A stretch of 64,000 nt of DNA from Methanobacteriota archaeon (lineage in GTDB: Archaea > Thermoplasmatota > Thermoplasmata > SG8-5 > DAIRED01): assembly GCA_043799545.1 (NCBI GenBank), contig JAZDNO010000031.1, positions 28,633 to 92,632 of the forward strand, in the 5' to 3' direction. The translations under genes and the position numbers were made by a program. The stretch's first letter is position 1, and each line of letters starts with the position of its first letter. This document shows, in pieces, positions 10,078-18,874 of the stretch. Below the pieces are notes generated by a model. It was not told the DNA's origin and searched no databases. It saw only the letters and a list, made by a program, of their open reading frames with translations.

Positions 10078-10254
10078 TCAGTTGTATATCGAAAAATTGT
10101 CCTGCGGCGGGCGCATGGGCGGGTCCATCTCGTCCTCGGCCTCGTCGAACTCCATGACCATGTTGACCAGGGTGTTGACGACTTCGCGCAGCTGCTGGAC
10201 CTCGGACCTGAGGCGCTTTATCTCCCCGAGAAGTTCGTCGTTCGGTTTAGGCAT
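10078..10254 (-). CDS. Small coiled-coil/acidic hypothetical protein, 58 aa, absent from the ORF track
   Basis: MPKPNDELLGEIKRLRSEVQQLREVVNTLVNMVMEFDEAEDEMDPPMRPPQDNFSIYN*; host-like codons; ends 3 nt before the glyA ATG. Confidence 0.75.
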   Translation of the reverse strand: MPKPNDELLGEIKRLRSEVQQLREVVNTLVNMVMEFDEAEDEMDPPMRPPQDNFSIYN

Positions 10255-10293
10255 TTTTATCCCCCTAGAGCCTCTACATAGCGGTATGGGTTT

Positions 10294-12798
10294 TTATTTC
10301 TTTCTAACAGATGCGGCCTTGGTCAGTTGCTCCGCGTCTTGAGCGCCCTTCTCGTCCCCGACCTCGCGCAGGCACGCGGCCGCGAGCCCTCCCAACTCCC
10401 TCGCCCGGTCCGGTTTTCCAAGTTCCGCAAGCCCCCTCGCAGCGTCCGCGAGCCTCTGGCCCCTGAGCCCCGCCTCGGGGAATTTCATGCTGGAAGCGAT
10501 TCCGCTTTCGAGCATCTCTTCCGCTCCCGCGCCCCCGAGTTTAACGAGCGTCCGCCCGAGGTTGATTCGCGCCGCCCCTATCAGCCCCTCGTCGCCGAGG
10601 CTGTCGAGCAGCTCGACCGCCCTCTCTCCCGAGCGCTTTGAAGATTTGAAATCCCCCGCGCAGAACTGCAGGTGCGCCAAATTCGTAGCCACGGCGGCCT
10701 CGAGCCTCAGCAGGCCCGCCTTTTTCGCTGCGGCCATCGCATCGGCCAGCTTCTTCGCGGCTGGCGCGGTCTCTCCGTCCTGCGCCATTGATATCGCGAC
10801 GTTGGCCAGTATCACCGCGGCATCGGCCCTCTCCCCGGCTTTCACAGCGTGGCCGTGCGCCTCGTCGAGCCACTTGCGGGCCTTGGCGGAATCGCCCAGG
10901 TCGAGAGAGATGACTCCCAGCTCGTTCGCAGCCTCTCCCGCCAGACGCCAGTCCTTCCTCTTCTTGGCGGCGGCGAGCGCCTTGGCGAGCGTCAAGGCCG
11001 CCTTCTCGTACTCCCCGGAGCGCCTCTCCAGCCCGCCGAGCACTCGCAGTCCCTCCGCCCCGCACTTGTCGATGGCGGATTCGAGCATGCCCCTCGCCCC
11101 GGCGAGGTCGCCTTGTCGGGATAGGAGCCTGGCCGAGCGCAGTCGCCCCCTTATCGATTTCTCGCCTGATGATGACAGCGCCAGCTTTCGCGAGAGCTCA
11201 AGTGCAGTCTTGTTGTCCCCGACATTGAAGGCCAGCTCAGCCACCAGGTCGTCCATGTCCTCAGATTTGCCGGGGCAGCATTTCAGCGCGATGGCAAGGG
11301 ATTCTGCGATGTTCCCACCTGAAAGGATGCGGTCCCGATGCATCCGCAAGTGCCTCGCAGCTTCGGGCAAGCGGCCGGCCTTCCAGAGGTGGTGAAGGCG
11401 CTCGAACGGATCGTCCGCGTTGAGGTAGTAGTCTGCGGCGGAGGAGTGGAAGGCCTTCATTGCCGCGGCGTCGGCGCAAGACGAAACCGCCGCCCTGACC
11501 GCGCGGTGGACCGAAATGTTTCCGCCAGAATCCTCTTGCAGCAGCCCCGAACGCATGAGCGCTCCCACCGCGGCTGGGCTGGATGACGCGGCGGACTGGG
11601 GGACAGGGACCCTATGAACCGAGTATCCGCCCAGCGCGTCGAAAGCCTCGGAGTCCAGGCCGCCCAGCACGTCCCGCACCAGATGCCTCAGGGCGTCGCG
11701 TTCCGCGACCTCCGAGCCTGGCTTGACCAATGCCAGCGCCATCGGGTGGCCGCCCGTCAGCTCGAACAGGCGCTTCGCGTCCGCCTTGCCGGAAATGCCC
11801 CGATTTTCAAGGAGTTCCGCTGTCTCGTCTGCATCCAGCCCGCCGAGGTTGATTTCGGTGACCGAGCCGCTGGAAGTCTCAGGAACGCCGTAAAACGCTG
11901 GCTTGGCCTCGCAGCAGAGGACGATTTTCAACCCTCCGTCTCCGTGCCCCAGAGCCTCCATGAACGGGTTCAGTGATGCCGCGGCGTGGGAATAGCCCCC
12001 GACGACGACGAGCATCCGCCTCCTTGCGGAGCACAGAGCCGCCGCCACCTCCCTCGCATCGGGCCTCCTGGAACCCTGGAATGCGAACCCAGGCAGGCCT
12101 GCGAACCTGGCGACCTCCCCTGCGAACCGCTCCGCGGAATCGAGGGCGCTCCCCGCGTGCCACATCGTCGGCAGGCCCGCTCCCGCGAACGCCTTCGCGA
12201 CCAGGCTGGACTTCCCTATTCCCTGCATGCCAAGGACGACGGCGAACCTTCCGCCCCCGGCGAGCCAGCCTTTGAGGGATTCGACCTCGGCCCCGCGCCC
12301 GACGAAACCGTCCGGGACGGGCCAGGCGGCGGGGGTTGATTTGGACTTGGCATCGGCCAGCTTGGATTCGTCGAGGTCGCCGCCGCCCGCGAGCAGGCCG
12401 ATTGCGCGAGCCTCGGAAAGACCCAGCGCCCCGGTCAGCCGCTGCAGCGCGGCCGCGCCGTCCAGTTCCTTTGCGCCCTCCTCTGAAACGAGCGTCACGC
12501 GCTTGCGGAGCGCCGCCTCGCGCATGGCCAACGCCTCCTTGTACGAATCTGCGTTCAGGAAGTACACTTTCTTCTTGGTCCTCGCGCCTCTGACGTGCGC
12601 CTGGCGTTCGACCAGCTTCCCTTTCTCCTTGAGCTTCCCCAGCTCCAGCGCGGCGTGCGCCCTGCTGATGCCGCAGCCCTCGGCCACGCCTTCCTGCGTC
12701 ACGCCGGACGGGACCTCGAACTCCTCTGCGAAGCGGGAGAACCTGGAAAGATGGAGCACGATGGTCTCCCACACGCTGAGCGGACCTCTCTTCGCCAT
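10294..12798 (-). CDS. wHTH-STAND-type P-loop ATPase-TPR protein
   Basis: N-terminal wHTH (TQEGVAEGCGISRAHAALEL); FVGRGAE, Walker A GMQGIGKS, GGHP, VHRAVR; C-terminal TPR-like helices. Confidence 0.75.
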   Translation of the reverse strand: MAKRGPLSVWETIVLHLSRFSRFAEEFEVPSGVTQEGVAEGCGISRAHAALELGKLKEKGKLVERQAHVRGARTKKKVYFLNADSYKEALAMREAALRKRVTLVSEEGAKELDGAAALQRLTGALGLSEARAIGLLAGGGDLDESKLADAKSKSTPAAWPVPDGFVGRGAEVESLKGWLAGGGRFAVVLGMQGIGKSSLVAKAFAGAGLPTMWHAGSALDSAERFAGEVARFAGLPGFAFQGSRRPDAREVAAALCSARRRMLVVVGGYSHAAASLNPFMEALGHGDGGLKIVLCCEAKPAFYGVPETSSGSVTEINLGGLDADETAELLENRGISGKADAKRLFELTGGHPMALALVKPGSEVAERDALRHLVRDVLGGLDSEAFDALGGYSVHRVPVPQSAASSSPAAVGALMRSGLLQEDSGGNISVHRAVRAAVSSCADAAAMKAFHSSAADYYLNADDPFERLHHLWKAGRLPEAARHLRMHRDRILSGGNIAESLAIALKCCPGKSEDMDDLVAELAFNVGDNKTALELSRKLALSSSGEKSIRGRLRSARLLSRQGDLAGARGMLESAIDKCGAEGLRVLGGLERRSGEYEKAALTLAKALAAAKKRKDWRLAGEAANELGVISLDLGDSAKARKWLDEAHGHAVKAGERADAAVILANVAISMAQDGETAPAAKKLADAMAAAKKAGLLRLEAAVATNLAHLQFCAGDFKSSKRSGERAVELLDSLGDEGLIGAARINLGRTLVKLGGAGAEEMLESGIASSMKFPEAGLRGQRLADAARGLAELGKPDRARELGGLAAACLREVGDEKGAQDAEQLTKAASVRKK

Positions 12799-12945
12799 CC
12801 GCCCGGGATTGCCCGGCCCCTACTTAAAATTTGACTTGGAAAAAATTGCGCCCGCCAGCGCGGGCGGCGGCGGGCATGGATGTGGGACAGATATGAGCGC
12901 AATGGCCGATGGACGCTGGCGAGATATGCCATCCTCAGCAGTCTC

Positions 12946-12972
12946 GGCCACGCACTTTCCCGCAGCGTGGCC
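12946..12972. terminator. 8-bp GC hairpin directly downstream of the 37-aa small ORF
   Basis: GGCCACGC-N11-GCGTGGCC. Confidence 0.35.
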
Positions 12973-13085
12973 TAGACTGGCTCAAGGCTGACAGCCCCGT
13001 CGGTCAGCCCGACGCGTATCCTCAGTCCAGCGGCCGTTATCGCCAGCTCAAGACCGAATGCGTTGGATTTCTCGTTGCCGTTCAT
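12972..13085 (-). CDS. Putative 37-aa small protein, absent from the ORF track
   Basis: MNGNEKSNAFGLELAITAAGLRIRVGLTDGAVSLEPV*; GGTGA Shine-Dalgarno upstream, the same layout as the divergent ArsR gene. Confidence 0.5.
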   Translation of the reverse strand: MNGNEKSNAFGLELAITAAGLRIRVGLTDGAVSLEPV

Positions 13086-13110
13086 TTTTCATCACCCTAG
13101 ACGAGTAACG

Positions 13111-13195
13111 TAATAGCTTGGGGGCTATTAAAACTTTTGTTTTAATGAAGTAAACGGTGATGTTCATCATAGAAATGTTTATATCATTAAACAAT
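13111..13195. promoter_or_regulatory. AT-rich divergent promoter with palindromes (candidate ArsR operators)
   Basis: TAATAGC-N6-GCTATTA (13111-13130), AAAAC-TTTT-GTTTT, and TGTTT-N8-AAACA overlapping a TTTATAT TATA-like box. Confidence 0.45.
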
Positions 13196-13219
13196 CATAT
13201 GGTATCTGGGTGATAAAAA

Positions 13220-13849
13220 ATGAAGATGATGAAGATGATATCGAACCCGGAAGCCTTCCAGCTGCTGGCCGACGAGACGCGCCGCAGGATGATTTACCTG
13301 CTGAGGGTCAAGGAGATGACGGTGAGCCAGATAGCCGAGCAGATGGGGCTCACACCTCAGGCCATATACCACCACATACACAAGCTAAAGGAGGTCGACA
13401 TGATTGAGGTGGCGCGCGAGGAGCGCATAGGCCACTTCATCGAGACATACTACCGCTCCACGGCGGAGATGTTCCACATATCTCACGGGAAGCGCGGGGC
13501 CGAGAAGGACTACGAGGAGCAGACGAAGGCGGCCCTCGACGGCCTCGAGAAGCTGGGAATGAAGGTGGAATGCGGCCCCGGCACGATTAAAGACTTGATC
13601 GGCCTTGCCAGGGAGATGGAGGAGTGCTGCGCGATGAAGGACTGGGCCGACCGCATATCGGACCTCGGCCTCGACTACCTCACGCAGCAGGCCGTCCTGG
13701 AGTACGCCCAAATGGCCGCCATGAGCGAGAAGGAGATGGCGGAGAACGAGGAGCGTGCGCGCAAAGTCTGGAAGATACTCCGCTCGTGCGTCGAGGTCGG
13801 CCCGGCTTTGAAGAAATCGAAACCGGAAAAGAAGAAGGGCAAGAGATAG
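13220..13849 (+). CDS. ArsR-family winged-helix regulator with C-terminal helical domain
   Basis: LLADETRRRMIYLL...MTVSQIAEQMGLTPQAIYHHIHKL; GGTGA SD. Confidence 0.88.
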   Translation: MKMMKMISNPEAFQLLADETRRRMIYLLRVKEMTVSQIAEQMGLTPQAIYHHIHKLKEVDMIEVAREERIGHFIETYYRSTAEMFHISHGKRGAEKDYEEQTKAALDGLEKLGMKVECGPGTIKDLIGLAREMEECCAMKDWADRISDLGLDYLTQQAVLEYAQMAAMSEKEMAENEERARKVWKILRSCVEVGPALKKSKPEKKKGKR

Positions 13850-13931
13850 GGCGCTCAAGCGGCAGGCCCCCTGCGGGATTCCCCGGGAACACCCGCCCGC
13901 TGTTTTAATACGCAAACGTCTATGTTGAAAC

Positions 13932-14288
13932 ATGTTCGGGAAGGCCGTAGTCCGCGCGGGATGGAAGTTCGCCATATTCTTCGGCGTGGCAATCGCAGTC
14001 CTGTCCATCCTGGCCGTGCTGTTCTCCGGCGGTTACGAGAGCACCTGGGTATCTTTCAAGGACAAGCTCTTCCTGGGGGGTCTTTTTGTGGTGACGGTGG
14101 GGGCATTCATCGGAGCGGGATTCGCGCACAACATCTACTACGGAAGCGGTCTCTACAAGATGTCCAGCACTTACATGCACGCAGTCAACGACGACCGCCT
14201 GCAGAGGAGGAGGGAAGACTTCGTCTTCATGATTTCCTGCTTCATCGGCGGGGGAGCCCTGGTGTTGCTGCCCTTCCTCCTGCCGTGA
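13932..14288 (+). CDS. Small membrane protein (about 3 TM), hypothetical
   Basis: Hydrophobic segments, host-like codon use. Confidence 0.55.
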   Translation: MFGKAVVRAGWKFAIFFGVAIAVLSILAVLFSGGYESTWVSFKDKLFLGGLFVVTVGAFIGAGFAHNIYYGSGLYKMSSTYMHAVNDDRLQRRREDFVFMISCFIGGGALVLLPFLLP

Positions 14289-14330
14289 TTCCGATAGTTC
14301 CATATTCCACTTAGGCGATTGTCGGGCGAG

Positions 14331-15374
14331 ATGAAGCTGCTTCACTGGGACGGACGGACGGGGACCGCAAAGCTCCTGACGCACACTATGGACGACCTCT
14401 GGCACCTCTACAATCTCGTCTCACCTGGGAACCTCGTTCACGCCTCCACGCACCGAAGGGGCGAGGAGAAGAGCGACAAGCTCCGCGCCGAGAGGGCCGA
14501 TAAAAAGCGCATGTGGCTGGGAATCCGCGTCGAGAAGGTGGAGTTCCACGAGTTCTCGGACAGGCTGCGAATCTCGGGCACGATAGAGGAAGGGCCGCAG
14601 GACATCGGCCAGCATCACACCCTCAACCTCGAGCCGGGCGACGACATAGAGCTCACCAGAGAATGGCGAGCCATAGACCAGCAGCGCGTCCGGGACGCTG
14701 AGAAGGCGACCCACCAGCCGCTCGTGACGTTCATAGCGCTGGACGACGAGGAGGCGGTCTTCGCCGTCGTGCGCCAGTACGGAGTCCAGGAGATCGCGCG
14801 CATCAAATCCAACAAGGCCGGAAAGGATTATCCGTCCGCGAAGGGCCAGAAGGAGGCGTACTTCATGGAAATCCTCGACAAGCTCGCGGGGATGCATGGG
14901 TCGGACGCCCTGATAATCATAGGGCCGGGGTTCGAGAAGGAGGAGCTCTCGTCCTACGCCAGGGAGAAGCGCCCGGAGCTCGTCAAGGGGGCGCAGGTCC
15001 TCGGCACGGGGCAGACCGGGATGCGCGCCGTCAGCGAGGTGATGAAGGGGAACAAGGCCGGCGACATAGTGTCCGGCGGCAGGGTGGCGATGGAAACGTC
15101 CCTCGTCGAGGAGCTGATGGCCAGAATGGGCAAGGACGGGGCGGTTGCCTACGGGCCAGCCGAGGTCAAATCGGCGATAGAGAGCGGTGCGGCGGAGACG
15201 CTGCTCATAACTGACGAGCTGGTGCGCGAGAAAGGCTCAGAGGAGCTGATGCGCCTCGCCGAATCGACAGCGTGCCGCGTCGTTGTGATAAGCACGGTGC
15301 ACGAGGGCGGGAAGGAGCTGAGCTCGCTGGGCGGGGCGGGGGCGCTGTTGCGGTACAAGCTCTCGGGGTCTTGA
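14331..15374 (+). CDS. pelA: Pelota (mRNA surveillance/ribosome rescue)
   Basis: DDLWHL, EFHEFSDRLRI.G, HHTLN, IIGPGF, YGPAEV, GGAGALLRYK. Confidence 0.93.
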   Translation: MKLLHWDGRTGTAKLLTHTMDDLWHLYNLVSPGNLVHASTHRRGEEKSDKLRAERADKKRMWLGIRVEKVEFHEFSDRLRISGTIEEGPQDIGQHHTLNLEPGDDIELTREWRAIDQQRVRDAEKATHQPLVTFIALDDEEAVFAVVRQYGVQEIARIKSNKAGKDYPSAKGQKEAYFMEILDKLAGMHGSDALIIIGPGFEKEELSSYAREKRPELVKGAQVLGTGQTGMRAVSEVMKGNKAGDIVSGGRVAMETSLVEELMARMGKDGAVAYGPAEVKSAIESGAAETLLITDELVREKGSEELMRLAESTACRVVVISTVHEGGKELSSLGGAGALLRYKLSGS

Positions 15375-15434
15375 CCGGTATCGATTATCATCGAATTGAA
15401 TACCTTTAAATATCCTCAAACCTACGTATTCCCG

Positions 15435-17108
15435 ATGAAGTGTAGGCTCCTAACAGTCGTCGCGGCCTGGGCAATGGCCTCAATCCTTATCGCTCCAATG
15501 GCGATATTTGGCGAAACGCCGGTCGAAGAGGTCAATCTGTATGCCCCTGGAATATACGATGTCGATTTCCAGGACTCCTTCGGGATGTCGCTCGTCAACG
15601 GCATGGCCGACGCGGGAAGCCCCGGGGCGGCGCCCGGGTACAGAGTTGTCGTGAACGCCTACGACCCGGATGGCTGGGGGGATATCTCTGAGGTCCACCT
15701 GCGCGCCTGGTACGACGAGGGGCTGGCCGCCGTTCCCAATTATGGCCCGGAGATGCCGGATTCCAGGGAGAACCTGCAGTTTCACATGGTGTTCGATACC
15801 GCCCTTGGTTTCTGTTTCATGGTTTATCCTGAGCAATCAGACCCGGAGGTCGCCACTGCGTACGGCGGTTGTTTCATGTTTCAGACGAGCCCCACGGACC
15901 TGTCAATCAGCCTCGGCTTCGCGATGCACGAGCAGGTCAGGGCCGCGGCAGGCCCGTTCACCGAGATGCCGGGCCAAAAATTCGACGGAGGTTTCCCCGG
16001 AAGCCAGTCGGGACCATTCGCCCTAAACGACCCCTACACGTGGGACTTCGAGGTCGAGGTATTGGATTCCGCTCTCGGCTCGGCGCGCGCCTACGATGAA
16101 TTCGGGATTTACCGATACCTGTCTCTCGACGCTCTGGAGATGCCAGGCGAAGGCCACCTGTACGCATGCGGGCCACCGAGTACGACGGATGTGCTTTTCA
16201 ACCCCTCGAATTCGGATTTGCTGTACCATGCCAACTGCGAGCACAATCTGGGCGTATGGATAACCGATTTGGCGCACGAAGAACTTGGATTCATCACCAT
16301 CCCCGCCACAAGCATCGCGGTCTCGGGCGGCGAGATGTCCGCGAGGATTTCGTTTGCTGGCGCTGGCCCGTCGAACACTCTATATTTACTCGGGGAATCA
16401 TACGAAACAGTTTCGTCGAAGAGCTTCAGCCGGACGACGTCAATCACAGATTTCTCCGGGACGCTCCCGGTCACATTCTGGGTGGACATACCGGCCGTGC
16501 CATCGGGAACGTACAGCGGGATGCTGACATACATACTCAACGGTTTGAGCGTCCAAACCGAAATTTCTGTCTCCGTACCGGAGTGGTTCGACATCCCAGT
16601 CTCCGCCGGATGGAACCTGATTTCGCTGCCGCTGGCGCCAGTTTCCGAGTCGATAGCCATCGCGCTGATGGACAGATCCTACTGGAACAACGATGCGCAG
16701 TGGGATAGGGCCATGTGCTTCGACTCGTGGGACACGGCGGACCACTGGGAGCAGTATTCGGTTTCGTGGGCGCCTTCGCTCAACGACTTGGCCTGCATCA
16801 ATTCGAGCCGGGGGATATGGCTGCACGTCACGGATCCCGGCGACGGATACATCGAAATCTGGGGAACTTGGCTGAACTGCACGCAAACAAACCTCAGAGC
16901 CGGCTGGAACCTCGTCGGTTATCCAACGTTGACAACTGGTGTCACTGTCGCCGAGGCGTTCGCGGGCACCGGAGCGGACATAGTCGAAGTGGTCGACCTG
17001 GCCCAGCCCTACCTGACCAGGGTCGCGGAGCAGACCTACGTCATGACGCCCGGCGAGGGGTACTGGGTGCACGTGCCGTCTGACATCATTTGGACCGTGT
17101 ATTGGTAG
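15435..17108 (+). CDS. Secreted/surface protein with C-terminal GWNL-repeat domain
   Basis: N-terminal signal-like hydrophobic stretch; AGWNLISLP and AGWNLVGYP repeats; GEGYWVH. Confidence 0.7.
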   Translation: MKCRLLTVVAAWAMASILIAPMAIFGETPVEEVNLYAPGIYDVDFQDSFGMSLVNGMADAGSPGAAPGYRVVVNAYDPDGWGDISEVHLRAWYDEGLAAVPNYGPEMPDSRENLQFHMVFDTALGFCFMVYPEQSDPEVATAYGGCFMFQTSPTDLSISLGFAMHEQVRAAAGPFTEMPGQKFDGGFPGSQSGPFALNDPYTWDFEVEVLDSALGSARAYDEFGIYRYLSLDALEMPGEGHLYACGPPSTTDVLFNPSNSDLLYHANCEHNLGVWITDLAHEELGFITIPATSIAVSGGEMSARISFAGAGPSNTLYLLGESYETVSSKSFSRTTSITDFSGTLPVTFWVDIPAVPSGTYSGMLTYILNGLSVQTEISVSVPEWFDIPVSAGWNLISLPLAPVSESIAIALMDRSYWNNDAQWDRAMCFDSWDTADHWEQYSVSWAPSLNDLACINSSRGIWLHVTDPGDGYIEIWGTWLNCTQTNLRAGWNLVGYPTLTTGVTVAEAFAGTGADIVEVVDLAQPYLTRVAEQTYVMTPGEGYWVHVPSDIIWTVYW

Positions 17109-17144
17109 TCCGCGCTGAACGGCGTTTCTTTTTCCGGCAGTCAG

Positions 17145-17717
17145 TCACGCCCTTCCCCGGCTCTCCCCCTTCGCGGCCGCCGTGGCAACGAGGTGCGCCA
17201 GCCTCAGAGGCTCGGGAATGGCTCCCTGGACAATCGATTTCCGTATGATCTCTTCCGCCTCACGGAATTCCATGCCCGCGCAATCGTAATAAACCGGGCT
17301 GTGCCCCGTGTCCAGTTTCCTCAACTTTCTCCTCGAAAGGATTCCGTATCTCCTATCCCAATCGTCGAAATTTATCTTCAGGGCGCCCTTCACCGCCTTC
17401 ATGTCCGGCTTGTCCCTCGTCAATGTGATTACGGCTATTTCCGTCTCCTGGCTCAGCACGTCGATGTCGATGACGTTGAACCCCCCCATCGCCGCTCCGT
17501 CGAGCATCATCGCCTTGGGCTGGTCTCTATAGGGCGAAGCCCGGACCATCTTCCCGATGGTCTCGCCAGCATCCTCGCCGTCGACCTGCACGGTGCCAAT
17601 CAAAACGGCCTCGACGTAGTTCGGAAGGCGCACCAGGACGCCCGCGAGCGGCGCGTGCCTGTCCGTGAATTTGAACGGCCCGTCGTCGAACGCCAGGACG
17701 CGCACGTGGGATTTCAT
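17145..17717 (-). CDS. DUF99 (UPF0215, endonuclease V-like) protein
   Basis: RVLAFDDGPF, VDGED, GGFNVID, IPEPLRLAHL. Confidence 0.85.
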   Translation of the reverse strand: MKSHVRVLAFDDGPFKFTDRHAPLAGVLVRLPNYVEAVLIGTVQVDGEDAGETIGKMVRASPYRDQPKAMMLDGAAMGGFNVIDIDVLSQETEIAVITLTRDKPDMKAVKGALKINFDDWDRRYGILSRRKLRKLDTGHSPVYYDCAGMEFREAEEIIRKSIVQGAIPEPLRLAHLVATAAAKGESRGRA

Positions 17718-17739
17718 GGTTTTCCAGCCTGCGTCCCCG

Positions 17740-18105
17740 TCACCACAGCGGCAGGGAGCCAGTCACCTTGTCCACGAGCGACCCGGGGCCCGGGCCTATC
17801 CCGAGGCAGGTCGCGGTACCCGGAGGAAGCTCGGTCATGCCAGCGTCCTCGATGAGCGCGGTCGGCAACCTCAGCGAACGGGCCTTTCTCTCAAGCTCGC
17901 GAAGCTCCGCGAGGCCGCTCGCCTTGAGCACGACCTTGCGCTGCCCCTCGCTGTACCAGTCGCCGAACTCCTTCGGTGTCTTGCTCTTGGCGAAATGCGC
18001 GCAGCTCACGGCCGCGTGCGCCACCTGCGCAGACATCTTGCCGGGGCTCATCCCCAAGTCCGCTCGCACTACGATGACCATCTTGTGTTCGAATTCACCC
18101 TTCAA
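17740..18105 (-). CDS. pth2: Peptidyl-tRNA hydrolase Pth2
   Basis: VRADLGMSPGKMSAQVAHA, GQRKVVLK, DAGMTELPPGTAT.LGIGP. Confidence 0.93.
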   Translation of the reverse strand: MKGEFEHKMVIVVRADLGMSPGKMSAQVAHAAVSCAHFAKSKTPKEFGDWYSEGQRKVVLKASGLAELRELERKARSLRLPTALIEDAGMTELPPGTATCLGIGPGPGSLVDKVTGSLPLW

Positions 18106-18688
18106 GTCCCTCGCCTCCCGCCAGGCTCTCCAGCTCCGCGTCGACCTTCTCGATTTCGTCGACCGCCTCGCGCTTCAGCCTCGCGTACTTGTCGCGCCTG
18201 CTGCCCACGTTCATCCGCTCCTTCGCCTCGAGCCCTTCCACCCTCTTCTGCAGCTCCACGCGCTTTTTCCCCAGCTCGTCGAGCTTCATCTTTCCGGCGG
18301 GGGTGCGCCTCCGCATGTCCATGCTCCGGGGGTCGTGCGGCGGGAGCCTCGCAAGCTTCGGGTGCAGGCGCGCGGTCCAGCGGTACGCTCCGCGCCACCA
18401 GCCGACCGCGAACAGGGCGCCGGAAAGGGCGAGAAGCGAAGCCCAGAGGTAAGGCGCGTCTATGTACCCCAGCCCCGTATCAGGGTTCGTGCCGAGCGCG
18501 TTGAGCCCGAAGTTCACGAGGATGACGAGCGCCATGCTCAGGCCAATCCCTATGGTGATGCGGTAGACTAGGTCTATCTCCGAATCGAACTCGTTGCGCC
18601 TTGGAAACAGGGCGTTCACGAGGCAGTAGCCCGGCACGAAGAAGACCACCAGAAGCCCCGCGACGACCTGGACTGGATTCGCCATCAT
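18095..18688 (-). CDS. DUF1616-like membrane protein with C-terminal coiled coil
   Basis: FFVPGY.L..ALFP...IGLS pattern; start moved to ATG 18688. Confidence 0.7.
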   Translation of the reverse strand: MMANPVQVVAGLLVVFFVPGYCLVNALFPRRNEFDSEIDLVYRITIGIGLSMALVILVNFGLNALGTNPDTGLGYIDAPYLWASLLALSGALFAVGWWRGAYRWTARLHPKLARLPPHDPRSMDMRRRTPAGKMKLDELGKKRVELQKRVEGLEAKERMNVGSRRDKYARLKREAVDEIEKVDAELESLAGGEGLEG

Positions 18689-18874
18689 CCGCTTGATGGG
18701 GCGGCGGGATAAAAAGGTTTGCGGATGGCCTGGTTTTGCGCGCGCCTTCGGGAGGAGGGAGGCGCAACTTTTATTAGCGCTGGAATCCATTAGCCACCAG
18801 CACGAAAATGCGGAATTCGGCGGCGCTTTTCAGAGGGCCGGCTAGTTTCGATTTCAGGCGCGCGCCAAGGAGGG

